A stretch of DNA of 64,000 nt from Ilumatobacteraceae bacterium (GTDB lineage: Bacteria > Actinomycetota > Acidimicrobiia > Acidimicrobiales > Ilumatobacteraceae). Shown here piece after piece: positions 33,417-42,547 of this stretch. Both the position numbers and the translations under genes were made by a program. A model generated the notes under the pieces. That model was not told the DNA's origin. It was given only the letters and a program-made list of their open reading frames with translations, and did no database searches. The DNA lies in NCBI GenBank assembly GCA_044867195.1, contig JBIOUO010000009.1, forward strand, positions 297 to 64,296, given 5' to 3'. The stretch's first letter is position 1. Each line of letters begins with the position of its first letter.

Positions 33417-36017
33417 GTGTTGCTCACCGGGCGGGAGAATGAGCTGGCCACGCTCGCCACCCGGGCCGACAGCGCGCGGGCGGGGCGTGGCGGCCTCGTC
33501 GTCGTGACGGGGGAGTCCGGCGCCGGCAAGACAGCGTTCGTCGAGGCATTCGTCGACCAGAGCGACGTCGCCGTGTGGTGGGGAGCGTGTGATCCGCTGT
33601 CGACACCGCGGCCACTCGGCCCATTCCACGATTTGTCGGCGCAGCTCGCGCCGCGGACCACCGACCTGCTGCGCGATGGCGAGCTGCCGCATCAGATCTT
33701 CGGCGCCGTCTTCGACGACCTGCGGTCGCGGCCCACGGTGCTCGTCGTCGATGACCTCCACTGGGCGGATCAGGCGACGATCGATCTGCTGCGGTTCGTG
33801 CTCCGCCGGATCGCATCGACGCAGTCCCTGGTCGTCGGGATGATGCGTGACGACGACCTCGGCACGGCCCATCCGATGCGCTCGCTGCTCGGCGACGTCG
33901 CCCGGTCGCCGAACGCCGAGACGATCGCCCTGGCCCCGCTGAGCCTCGACGCCGTGACGACGATCGTCGGTGATCGACCGGTCGATCCCGCGTGGCTGCA
34001 CTGGATCAGTGCGGGCAACGCGTTCTTCGTCGTCGAGATGCTCGACCACGTCGGCGGCGAGCTGCCGACCACGGTCCGTGATGCGATCCTCGCCCGCACC
34101 GTCGGCCTCGACGGCGCGGCCTGGGACCTTCTCCACCTGCTCGCGTGCGCGCCGGAGGCGATCCCCGATCGGCTCCTGCCCCATCTGGGCGTCACACTGC
34201 CGGCGCTGCGCGCTGTCGCCGACGCCAACCTGCTGCGCCGCAGCGACCGCGGGATCGCGTTCCGTCACGACCTGTGCCGCCAGGCCATCGCCAGTGTGAT
34301 CCCGGCCGGGGCCGAGGGCGCCCTCCATCGGCGGATGCTGCTCGCGCTGGATGCCACGCCACCGTCCGATCCGGCGGTCCTGACCCACCACGCACTCGGT
34401 GCCGGCGACCAGGACCGGATCGCTCGGGCGGCAACCGACGCCGGCCGCGCGGCGGCCCGATCAGGCGCCCACACCCAGGCGTGCGAGTTCTACCGCACGG
34501 CGCTCGAGCACGGCGGGCCATTGCCGGTGATCGCGGAGGCCGAGCTGCTCGAACTGCTCGCCACCGAGTGCTATCTCACCGATCGCCTCGACGAGGCGAT
34601 CGCCACCTGTCGCCGGGCGATGCATCTCCGCGAGCAGAGCGGCGCCGCGGCGGCCCTGAGCGCCGACCACCACGCGCTGGCGGTCTACCAGTGGTACAAC
34701 GCCGACCGCGCCGCGGCCGACCGCCACGTCGAGCAAGCGATCTCGGTTCTTGCCGGCGAGACCGAGCCGGCCGTCGAGCGCGCCCCCGCCGACGGCGATG
34801 AGCTGGCGCAGCTCGGCCACGCCTTCGCCATGCAGGCCTATCTGGCGATGCAGAGCAACGACCTCGAACAGGCGTCGGCGCTGGTGGCCCGAGCGAGCGA
34901 GATCGCTGGCCGGGCCGACGACCCGAGCCTCGTCGTGCGGACCCAGCTGATCGTCAACCTCTGCGCCGTGCTCCGCGGCAAGCCCACAGCACGAGCCACT
35001 GTCCTGTCCATCGTCGGATCGGGGCACGAGATCTTCGACGAGATCCACTCCAGCGGGTACAGCAACCTCACCTACTTCGACGTCGAGCAGCGCCGGCTCG
35101 GGCAAGCAGCGGACCTGCTCGAGGTCAGCCTGGCGCTAACGGTCGAGCGGGACCTGCCGATCTGCCGCGTCTGGCAGCTCGGCGCGCGGGGTCGGCTGAA
35201 CATGATGCTCGGCGAGTGGGACGAGGCCCTCACCGACGCCGACCGCGTCCTCGGCGCACCGAGCGCCCCGCTGGCCCGCACCTGGCCGCTGCTGATCCGC
35301 GCGCTCGTTGCCTTGCGCCGCGATGGCGACGCCGGCGGTGAGCTCGACGAGGCGTGGCGTCTCGCGTGCGGCTACGGCGAACCGATCCGCCTGCTGCCGG
35401 CTGCCGCGGCGATCGCCGAGCGGGCGTGGCTGACAGGTTTGCCCGACGAGCGGGTGACGACGGCCGGCGAGCTCCTCGCCAGCCGGCCGACCGATGGCCT
35501 CGAGTGGGCCCGCGGCGAGCTGGCGACGTGGTTGCACCGCCTCGGTGCACCGGTCGACGCCGACGGCGTCGCGGCGCCGTACCGTCTCGTGCTCGACGGC
35601 TCGTCCGACGCCGCGGCCGACGCGTTCGAGCGGCTGTCGAGCCCTTACGACGCGGCGCTGGCGCTCGTCGATGCCGGGGACGCCGACCACGCCCGGCGGG
35701 CGCTCGACATCCTCGATCGGCTCGGTGCGACGGCCGTCGCCGCCAAGGTCCGGCGCGACCTGCGGGCGAGCGGCACCGGCACGGTCCCCGCCCGGCGACG
35801 CTCGGCGACGCTCGGCAACCCGGCCGGCCTCACCGTCCGGCAGGTCGAGGTGCTGCAGGCGATGCACGACGGCGCGACCAACGCCGAGCTCGCCGCCCGC
35901 CTCTACCTCTCGCCGAAGACCGTGGACCACCACGTCTCGGCGATCCTCTCCAAGCTGCAGGTGACGAACCGGCGTGACGCCGTGCGCCGCGCCCGTGAGC
36001 TCGGCATCATCTCCTGA
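33417..36017 (+). CDS. LuxR-family transcriptional regulator with N-terminal P-loop ATPase and TPR-like middle region (large ATP-binding LuxR/STAND type)
   Basis: ORF 33207..36017. Contains LTGRENELATL, VVVTGESGAGKTAFV (Walker A) and LVVDDLHWAD (Walker B). The C-terminus LTVRQVEVLQAMHDGATNAELAARLYLSPKTVDHHVSAILSKL is a LuxR HTH. Start is uncertain (GTG 33417 chosen to avoid overlapping the divergent gene). Confidence 0.85.
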   Translation: MLLTGRENELATLATRADSARAGRGGLVVVTGESGAGKTAFVEAFVDQSDVAVWWGACDPLSTPRPLGPFHDLSAQLAPRTTDLLRDGELPHQIFGAVFDDLRSRPTVLVVDDLHWADQATIDLLRFVLRRIASTQSLVVGMMRDDDLGTAHPMRSLLGDVARSPNAETIALAPLSLDAVTTIVGDRPVDPAWLHWISAGNAFFVVEMLDHVGGELPTTVRDAILARTVGLDGAAWDLLHLLACAPEAIPDRLLPHLGVTLPALRAVADANLLRRSDRGIAFRHDLCRQAIASVIPAGAEGALHRRMLLALDATPPSDPAVLTHHALGAGDQDRIARAATDAGRAAARSGAHTQACEFYRTALEHGGPLPVIAEAELLELLATECYLTDRLDEAIATCRRAMHLREQSGAAAALSADHHALAVYQWYNADRAAADRHVEQAISVLAGETEPAVERAPADGDELAQLGHAFAMQAYLAMQSNDLEQASALVARASEIAGRADDPSLVVRTQLIVNLCAVLRGKPTARATVLSIVGSGHEIFDEIHSSGYSNLTYFDVEQRRLGQAADLLEVSLALTVERDLPICRVWQLGARGRLNMMLGEWDEALTDADRVLGAPSAPLARTWPLLIRALVALRRDGDAGGELDEAWRLACGYGEPIRLLPAAAAIAERAWLTGLPDERVTTAGELLASRPTDGLEWARGELATWLHRLGAPVDADGVAAPYRLVLDGSSDAAADAFERLSSPYDAALALVDAGDADHARRALDILDRLGATAVAAKVRRDLRASGTGTVPARRRSATLGNPAGLTVRQVEVLQAMHDGATNAELAARLYLSPKTVDHHVSAILSKLQVTNRRDAVRRARELGIIS

Positions 36018-36086
36018 GCCCGAGCGCTCCCTCGCGCCGGCGAATCTGTCCGGCTCGGCGGTCCGAGCTGCTCCTACGCTTCGTCG

Positions 36087-37466
36087 ATGGCCGAGCTGCC
36101 GCTGGACGACGCACGAGCACTGGTGCAGGCCGTCGTGGAGCTGGCGTCGATGGCGGATCGGGTGTTGCCGGAGCGCGCCTCGCCGCTGGCCGCGCGCCTG
36201 CAACGGCACCTCGGCATCGGCGGCGACGTCGCCGTCTCGAGCACCGGGACGTCGTTCCCGTTGATCGAGCGGGCCAACGTGCAGCTGGCGCTCGATGCCT
36301 ACGAGCGTGAGGCGGAGCGGTGGGAGGTGATCGGGCTGATCAGCGACATCGGGCACTACGGCGGGGTGTCGCTGCCGGCGATGGTGACCGGTTCGTGGCG
36401 CGGACCAGGGGAGTCGGCGCGCCAGTACGAGGCGGCCGACATCGGCGTCGACGAGACGATCGCGTGCCTGCGCTCAGGCATCGTGCTCACATCGTTCGAC
36501 GGCTCGCCGGTGGCGATGCTGCTGTACGCCGCCGAGCGCTACATGCCGGAACTGGTGATCGAGATTGTCGGCGCCGAGCAGGCGGCCGCCGACGGGTTCC
36601 TGCATCGCCTCCGGCAGCTGATGCACGAGCACAACGCGTTCCGCGGCAAGGTCATCTCGTTCTCCTTCGGCATGGACGGCCACTTCGGGCTGACGTTCGC
36701 CCGGCTGCGGACGGTCGCCCGCGACGACGTCGTGCTGCGCGCGGGTGAGCTGGAGGCGATCGAGGAGCACACGATCGGCATCACCACCCACGCCGCGCAG
36801 CTGCGGACGGCCGGCCAGCACGTCAAGCGGGGTCTGCTGCTGTACGGGCCGCCCGGCACCGGCAAGACCCACACCGTCTCCTACCTCGTCGGCGCGATGG
36901 CGGGCCGCACCACCATCGTGCTCACGGGTGGTGCCGTCGGCGCCGTCGGCCAAGCGGGCACGATCGCCCGCCAGCTGCAACCGGCGACGATCGTGATCGA
37001 GGACGTCGACCTCGTCGCGATGGACCGCAACCTGCCCGGCGGTGAGCACAACGCGCTGCTGTTCCAGCTACTCAACGAGATGGACGGGGTGGCCGAGGAC
37101 GCCGACGTGCTGTTCGTGCTCACCACCAACCGGGTCGACATCCTCGAGCCGGCGCTCGCCGCCCGACCCGGTCGGGTGGACCAGGCGATCGAGCTGTCCC
37201 TCCCCGACGAGCACGGCCGCCGCCGGCTGCTGGAGCTGTACACCGGCGCACCGCTTCCGGCCGGCGCCGACCGGCTCGTCGAGCGACTGGACGGCGTCGC
37301 CCCGGCGTTCATCAAGGAGCTCGCTCGCCGCGCCGAGCTCGTTCGCTTGGGCGACCACACCGACGACGCGCTCAGTGCCGCGCTCGACGCGATGCTCGAG
37401 CACTCCACCCCGATCCTGCGCAGGACGCTCGCCGCGCCCGGCGCCGTGCTCCGGCGCGACCCCTGA
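36087..37466 (+). CDS. AAA-family ATPase (classic AAA module, unknown N-terminal domain)
   Basis: 459 aa with GLLLYGPPGTGKTH (Walker A), TIVIEDVDL (Walker B), VLTTNR (sensor 1) and LEPALAARPGRVDQAIELSLPD (Arg finger region). Confidence 0.85.
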   Translation: MAELPLDDARALVQAVVELASMADRVLPERASPLAARLQRHLGIGGDVAVSSTGTSFPLIERANVQLALDAYEREAERWEVIGLISDIGHYGGVSLPAMVTGSWRGPGESARQYEAADIGVDETIACLRSGIVLTSFDGSPVAMLLYAAERYMPELVIEIVGAEQAAADGFLHRLRQLMHEHNAFRGKVISFSFGMDGHFGLTFARLRTVARDDVVLRAGELEAIEEHTIGITTHAAQLRTAGQHVKRGLLLYGPPGTGKTHTVSYLVGAMAGRTTIVLTGGAVGAVGQAGTIARQLQPATIVIEDVDLVAMDRNLPGGEHNALLFQLLNEMDGVAEDADVLFVLTTNRVDILEPALAARPGRVDQAIELSLPDEHGRRRLLELYTGAPLPAGADRLVERLDGVAPAFIKELARRAELVRLGDHTDDALSAALDAMLEHSTPILRRTLAAPGAVLRRDP

Positions 37467-37474
37467 CCGCTGAG

Positions 37475-37497
37475 CGCCGGCCGCGGTCAGGCCGGCG
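37475..37497. terminator. GC-rich hairpin between convergent genes
   Basis: CGCCGGCC (37475-37482), loop GCGGTCA, GGCCGGCG (37490-37497). It lies between the AAA stop (37466) and overlaps the O-methyltransferase stop (37487-37489). There is no T-tract. Confidence 0.4.
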
Positions 37498-38503
37498 TCG
37501 CTTCAATGAACGAGTACAGCGGGCCGGCAGGCATAGTGCGCGTGGGGCGGAATCCCGACTGCTCGAACAGCTGGTCGAACTCCGCCTGGGTGCGCTCGCG
37601 GCCGCCCGGCGCGACGAGCATGTTGAGGTCGGACCACTTCGCCGGGCCCCCGTCGTTGGGGCCGGCGATCATGCGCTCGACGAGCAGCAACGTGCCGTGG
37701 TCTGGGATCGCTCGGCGCACGGACCCGAGGATGCGCACGGCGTCGTCGTCCTCCCAGTCGTGCACGACGGCGCGCAGGACGTAGGCATCGGCACCGGGCG
37801 GCACGCCGTCGAAGAAGCTGCCACCGACGATCTCGCACCGCCCGTCGACGCCGGCCGCGGCGAGCACCGGCCCGGCGCCGGCCACGACGTGGGGCAGGTC
37901 GAACAGGATGCCGCGCGCGCCGGGCGCCGCGCCGAGCATCACGCCGAGGAACGCGCCGGTGCCGCCGCCGATGTCGGCGATCGTGCCGAACGCCGCGAAG
38001 TCGTAGTTGGCGACCGCGTCGCGGCCGGTCTGGCCCGCCAGCGACGCCATCGCCCGGTCGAAGCGGGCGCTCTCGTCGGGGTGGGTCGAGCGGTACGTCC
38101 AGACGTCCGTGCCGTGGACGTGCCGGAAGGCGTTGCCCCCGGTTTGCACGCTGTGCAGCAGCGCGCCCCACGCCGCCCAGTGCCACGGGCTCCCGACGAA
38201 CGCCGCCCACCCGGCCAGCGACGCCTCGGCGTCCGTGCGCAACCCGTCGCCGAGCGCTGTCAGCTCGAACCGCTGGCCCTCTGACTCGTGCAGCACGCCC
38301 GTGCTGGCCAGCGCCCGCAGCAGCCGGTACAGCGCCGAGGCGTCGGCGCCGCACGACGCGGCCAGCTCGTCGCTGGTGCGGGCGCCGCCGGCCAGGAGGT
38401 CGGCGATGCCGAGCTGGGCGGCGACGGACAGCCCCTGGGACACCTGGAACCCGTTGATCAGCTGCCGTAGCTCCAGTCGTGGCTCGACGACGTCGCCCAT
38501 CAC
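37487..38503 (-). CDS. class I SAM-dependent O-methyltransferase (Methyltransf_2 with N-terminal dimerisation/wHTH domain)
   Basis: 338 aa. Contains INGFQVSQGLSVAAQLGIADLL (dimerisation domain) and IADIGGGTGAFLG (SAM motif I), followed by LRAVVHDWEDDDAVRIL. Confidence 0.9.
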   Translation of the reverse strand: MMGDVVEPRLELRQLINGFQVSQGLSVAAQLGIADLLAGGARTSDELAASCGADASALYRLLRALASTGVLHESEGQRFELTALGDGLRTDAEASLAGWAAFVGSPWHWAAWGALLHSVQTGGNAFRHVHGTDVWTYRSTHPDESARFDRAMASLAGQTGRDAVANYDFAAFGTIADIGGGTGAFLGVMLGAAPGARGILFDLPHVVAGAGPVLAAAGVDGRCEIVGGSFFDGVPPGADAYVLRAVVHDWEDDDAVRILGSVRRAIPDHGTLLLVERMIAGPNDGGPAKWSDLNMLVAPGGRERTQAEFDQLFEQSGFRPTRTMPAGPLYSFIEATPA

Positions 38504-38547
38504 GCTTCCTCCCGCATCGCCAGCCGCCCGGCCGGCGGCATCACCCT

Positions 38548-38657
38548 AACTGTGAGTCCATCGGGCTCACAGCAGTACCCGTCGCTCACAGATCGCGAAG
38601 CGCACGCCGAATTGTGAGTCGATCGGGCCCTCATCCGTACGCGCCGCTCACAGATCG
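38548..38657. repeat. two 48-bp direct repeats containing TGTGAG...CTCACA inverted motifs, in the O-methyltransferase upstream region
   Basis: Unit 1 is 38548-38595 (AACTGTGAGTCCATCGGGCTCACAGCAGTACCCGTCGCTCACAGATCG). Unit 2 is 38610-38657 (AATTGTGAGTCGATCGGGCCCTCATCCGTACGCGCCGCTCACAGATCG). The ends are near identical and the centres diverge. Confidence 0.8.
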
Positions 38658-38684
38658 GTGACGGCTGTGGCGGCGGGGCTCCGG

Positions 38685-38933
38685 TCAGCGCACGTCGAGC
38701 TGCGCCGTCAGCTCGCCCTTCGTCGTCTCGAAGTCGTCGAAGCTGACCAGCCCGGCCTCGAACTGCTCGTGCAGCGCGGCCAGCTCGGCCAGCACCTCGG
38801 CCTGATCGCGCGCCGGCGCCGTGGGCTCGTCAGCGGTGCTGTTGGCGCGCTCGGCGCGCTTGGCCCACTTGGCGGCGGCTCGCTCGCGGCGGGCCTTCTC
38901 GCGCTGCTGCTTCTGGAACCGAGCCTGGCTCAC
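38685..38933 (-). CDS. small basic protein with C-terminal SHOCT-like domain
   Basis: 82 aa. Lys/Arg-rich N-terminus, then LAELAALHEQFEAGLVSFDDFETTKGELTAQL, which resembles the SHOCT short C-terminal domain. Confidence 0.55.
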   Translation of the reverse strand: MSQARFQKQQREKARRERAAAKWAKRAERANSTADEPTAPARDQAEVLAELAALHEQFEAGLVSFDDFETTKGELTAQLDVR

Positions 38934-39253
38934 GATTCTACCCCGAAGGTGTCACAGCCGGCGTGGGCGTGGCGGTGCCCGAACCTGGAACTGTTCGTCG
39001 CCATCGCTCGTCTCCTTCCCGTCGGGCTCGGAGGAGGCGCCGCGTCGCCGGAGCGCGGCGACGGGGGCTTCGAATCCAAGGACTGCCCACCATACCGCCG
39101 GTCGAACGGCGGCCGCGGGTACAGATGTTCGCGTCGTGGGCGCGAACTCGTCGCCGTGCCGGTACCGTACGTCGGGCTGGCGGGTTCCGCCGGCGCGCAG
39201 ACGCTCCGTTGCTTCGGCCGAATGCGCTGTCGATCAACAGGAAGTCGTCCTCC

Positions 39254-40447
39254 ATGCCTGCCACCCCGTTCGCCGCGCTCGGCGTCCCGTCCGATCTCTG
39301 CGCCTGCCTCGACGCGGCCGGGATCGTCGATCCGTTCCCGATCCAATCCGCCGTGATTCCCGACGCGCTCGAGGGCCTTGACGTGAGCGGCCGCGCGCCC
39401 ACCGGCTCGGGCAAGACGCTGGCGTTCGGCCTGCCGCTCGTCGCCCGCCTGCGACCGGCCCGCAGGCGCCGCCCGACGGCGCTCGTGCTGGTCCCGACCC
39501 GCGAGCTCGCCGGCCAGATCGCCACCGAGCTGCGGCCGTTCGCCCGCCGGCGCGGCCACCAAGTCGTCGCCGTCTACGGCGGCGTCGGGTACGGGCCGCA
39601 ACTCCGAGCCCTCGACAAGGCGGCCGCGCTGGTGGTGGGTTGTCCGGGTCGGGTCGAGGATCTGATCGCCTCCGGTGCGCTGGCGCTCGACGGCGTCGGC
39701 ACGGTCGTCATCGACGAGGCCGACCGCATGTCCGACATGGGCTTCGGCCCGGCCGTGCTGCGGATCCTCGAGCAGGCGAAGGCCGATCGCCAGGTCCTGC
39801 TGTTCAGCGCGACCTTCGACCGCGCCGTGCGCTCGCTGGCATCGAGCGTCCAGCGCGATCCGGTCGTCCACGAGATCGGTCCACAGCGGCCGGATCTCTC
39901 CGCGACCCGGCACCTGTTCTGGAAGGTCGCCCGCGCCGATCGCGCCGCCACCACCGCTGACGCGATCGAGGCGCTCGGCTCGACGATCGTGTTCTGCCGG
40001 ACGCGTCGCGGCGCAGACCGGCTGGTCACGCAGCTGCAGCGGCTCGGGACGACGGTGGCGGCGATTCACGGCGGCCGGTCCCAGGCTCAGCGGGATCGGG
40101 CGCTCCACTCGTTCGCCCGCGGCGACGTTCGCTCCCTCGTCGCCACCGACGTCGCGGCCCGCGGCGTGCACGTCGACGGCGTCGACGGTGTCGTCCACTT
40201 CGACCCACCCGACGACACCGCCGCCTACATCCATCGCTCGGGACGGACCGCGCGCGCCGGCGCGACCGGCGTCGTCGTGTCGCTCGTCGACCCGGCAGCG
40301 ATCGGCGTCACGCGCCGATTGCAGCGCGACGCGGGCATCAGCGCCGACATCACCGCGGTCTGCTTGGGCGACCTGGGTTCGCCGCTCAGCTCGCCGCCGG
40401 GTGGATGGTCGCCGCGTAGAGCCGCCCGTTCGGCCCGAGCGCGGTGA
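39254..40447 (+). CDS. DEAD-box ATP-dependent RNA helicase
   Basis: In-frame part of ORF 38963..40447, from ATG 39254. Contains FPIQSAVIP (Q motif region), APTGSGKTLAF, VIDEADRM, FSAT, and IHGGRSQAQR and ATDVAARGVHV. Confidence 0.9.
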   Translation: MPATPFAALGVPSDLCACLDAAGIVDPFPIQSAVIPDALEGLDVSGRAPTGSGKTLAFGLPLVARLRPARRRRPTALVLVPTRELAGQIATELRPFARRRGHQVVAVYGGVGYGPQLRALDKAAALVVGCPGRVEDLIASGALALDGVGTVVIDEADRMSDMGFGPAVLRILEQAKADRQVLLFSATFDRAVRSLASSVQRDPVVHEIGPQRPDLSATRHLFWKVARADRAATTADAIEALGSTIVFCRTRRGADRLVTQLQRLGTTVAAIHGGRSQAQRDRALHSFARGDVRSLVATDVAARGVHVDGVDGVVHFDPPDDTAAYIHRSGRTARAGATGVVVSLVDPAAIGVTRRLQRDAGISADITAVCLGDLGSPLSSPPGGWSPRRAARSARAR

Positions 40448-41105
40448 CCAGTCCTTCCCGTCGAGCGGTCCCGACGCAGTCGACCACGGTGACCACGACG
40501 CCGCTGCACGTCACGATCCAGGCCGAGACGGCCGCGGTGACCACGAACAGCGGCACCGGCACCGTGAGCAGAAGAGCCAGGCTCGCGCCCGCGACCAGCG
40601 CGTTGACTGCGGCCCACATGAACGTCAGCCGCCGGAACAACCGCGCTATCGCCGGACGGCATTGCACGTCCGGTGTGAGCGGGCAGAAGTCGGCGGCGAA
40701 CCGGGCGATCAACGGGCGGCCCACAGCCACCGAGCCGAGGAACAGCCCCGCCGTCAGCATCGTGCGCAGGATCGGCTGGACGAAGTACACGAAGCTGTTG
40801 TTGCTCAACAGGAAGACGACCGTGCGCACCGAGATCCCGAACGTCGCCAGCACCAGCAGGCCGGGGATGGCACGGCCGGCGAGCAGCCGGCGCAGCACCG
40901 CGGCGTAGGACCACCCCAGCGCGCCCACGAGCGCCCACCGCAGCTGCGAGGTCGTCACCAGCAGCAGATAGAAGAGAGCGGTCGGGACGATCGTCGCCTC
41001 GACGAGGTAGGGGAGCAACCGCCGGGTGACGGCCGCGATGACGACGCGCCGCGACGGGCGCATCGTCCAGCCGCGCGCCGCCGCCGCTTCGGCACGCGCG
41101 CTCAC
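40386..41105 (-). CDS. integral membrane protein of unknown function
   Basis: 239 aa with about six hydrophobic helices. The 3' end overlaps the convergent helicase gene by ~60 nt. Confidence 0.6.
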   Translation of the reverse strand: MSARAEAAAARGWTMRPSRRVVIAAVTRRLLPYLVEATIVPTALFYLLLVTTSQLRWALVGALGWSYAAVLRRLLAGRAIPGLLVLATFGISVRTVVFLLSNNSFVYFVQPILRTMLTAGLFLGSVAVGRPLIARFAADFCPLTPDVQCRPAIARLFRRLTFMWAAVNALVAGASLALLLTVPVPLFVVTAAVSAWIVTCSGVVVTVVDCVGTARREGLVTALGPNGRLYAATIHPAAS

Positions 41106-41218
41106 GTCGTCGTTCGCCGCGACCGGGGACGCTCCGATCGAGGGGACATCGCTGTGCAGGTCGAGCTCCTGACGTTGGATCGGTCGAGGCGACGAGCCTG
41201 CGACAGGCGACGGGGTCT

Positions 41219-41274
41219 GGGCCGTCTAACCCAAGCGAGGCGACTCTCCCAAGAGGTGTGCGGACAACCTACCC
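41219..41274. repeat. conserved ~50-nt motif, copy 1 (17-nt core CCCAAGCGAGGCGACTC at 41230-41246)
   Basis: The identical 17-mer recurs at 46145-46161, with similar flanks (GGCC.TC.A. upstream; .CCC..GAGG...CCTACC downstream). Confidence 0.6.
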
Positions 41275-41305
41275 ATTCGATCCGCGGCATGGTGCGCGGG
41301 CCTGT

Positions 41306-41373
41306 GAGCGAGCGACTGTCCGAGCGAGCGAGTCCGCGAGCGAGCGAGGCAATCGAGCGCGTCGAGCGAGCGA
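41306..41373. promoter_or_regulatory. array of four GAGCGAGCGA direct repeats in the divergent membrane-protein/desaturase intergenic region
   Basis: Exact 10-mers at 41306, 41322, 41338 (16-bp period) and 41364, with a degenerate copy near 41355. Confidence 0.6.
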
Positions 41374-41573
41374 ACAACTCGACACGGTCTTTCGCTCATT
41401 GGTGCCCCCGACAGGTTCGACAATGTGTCGTCGTCGCACGATGGAAAGGTGCACCAATGAGGGGGTAGGGTGGCGGCGGCCACCCGTAGCGACATCGGCG
41501 CGGTGGCTCCGGCTCCAGTCCCTGGTCGTGCTTCGTCCCGCCGGGACGCGGACATCTGTCGCAAGGAGCCGCG

Positions 41574-42533
41574 ATGACCGTCGAACTGATCTCACCCCCG
41601 TCCACGGCCGCGCCTCCGGTCAGTCGCCAGGCCGATCCGCCAGGTGGTATGGCGCGAACGGTCACCGCTCTGATCGTCGGGTTGCCATTCGTCGCCCTTC
41701 TGGTCGGCGTGATCCGCTTCTGGGGCCACGGCGTCGAGCTGCGTGACCTGCTGCTGGCCGTGACCCTGTACGCCGTCGTCGGGCACGGGGTGACGATCGG
41801 CTACCACCGCCTGCTGGCGCACAAGGCGTTCACGGCCCGCCGACCGTTGAAGGTGACCCTCGCCGCGCTCGGGTCGATGGCGTTCGAGGGCGGCCCGATC
41901 GGCTGGGTCGACAACCACCGCCGGCACCACACCTTCGCCGACACTCCACACGATCCGCACTCGCCGCAGCACCACGGCGGAGGCATCGGGGGGCAGTTGA
42001 AGGGGCTGTGGCACGCCCACATCGGTTGGCTGTTCAGCGCCTCAGGGACCTCGGTGTCCCGCCATGCCGCGGACCTCGAAGCCGACCGCGACCTCGTGGT
42101 GATCGACGCCCTGTTCCCGATGTGGTGCGTGGTCTCGCTCGCCGTCCCCTTCGGCCTGGGATGGCTGCTCGGCGGGACCGTCGGCGCGGCGTTGAGCGCC
42201 CTTCTGTGGGCCGGCCTGATCCGGGTCTTCGCGTTGCACCACGCCACGTGGAGCGTCAACTCGCTGTGCCACATGTTCGGTCGGCGCCCGTTCGACTCCA
42301 GGGACCGGAGCACGAACGTCGGCGCGCTCGCCGTCGTCAGCATGGGCGAGTCCTGGCACAACGGGCACCACGCGTTCCCGCGCTCGGCCCGTCACGGCGT
42401 GCTCCCGGGCCAGTGGGATTCGTCGGCGCTGCTCATCAGGGCGTTCGAGCGGATGAACCTGGCCACGGACGTGCACTGGCCGACGCCCGAGGCAATCGAT
42501 CGGCGCCGGGTTGCGGCTCCGCCGGCCCGGTAG
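41574..42533 (+). CDS. acyl-CoA (stearoyl-CoA-type) fatty acid desaturase
   Basis: 319 aa with three His boxes, HRLLAH, HRRHH and HNGHHAF, plus N-terminal TM helices. Confidence 0.9.
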   Translation: MTVELISPPSTAAPPVSRQADPPGGMARTVTALIVGLPFVALLVGVIRFWGHGVELRDLLLAVTLYAVVGHGVTIGYHRLLAHKAFTARRPLKVTLAALGSMAFEGGPIGWVDNHRRHHTFADTPHDPHSPQHHGGGIGGQLKGLWHAHIGWLFSASGTSVSRHAADLEADRDLVVIDALFPMWCVVSLAVPFGLGWLLGGTVGAALSALLWAGLIRVFALHHATWSVNSLCHMFGRRPFDSRDRSTNVGALAVVSMGESWHNGHHAFPRSARHGVLPGQWDSSALLIRAFERMNLATDVHWPTPEAIDRRRVAAPPAR

Positions 42534-42547
42534 GGACCGGCGCCCTA

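Noticed and set aside
38548-38657. Repeat arrays (48-bp units here, 9-bp and 10-bp arrays elsewhere) as a CRISPR array
   Set aside because: There are only two units here, with no regular repeat-spacer architecture and no cas genes in the window. The other arrays have units far too short.
38930-40234. Long minus-strand ORFs opposite annotated genes (38930..40234, 35136..36356, 60699..62207, 23286..24803, 57363..58436, 16114..16971 and similar)
   Set aside because: All lie antisense to genes with strong motif support. The translations are dominated by Arg/Gly/Pro/Asp/Val and no domains are recognisable.
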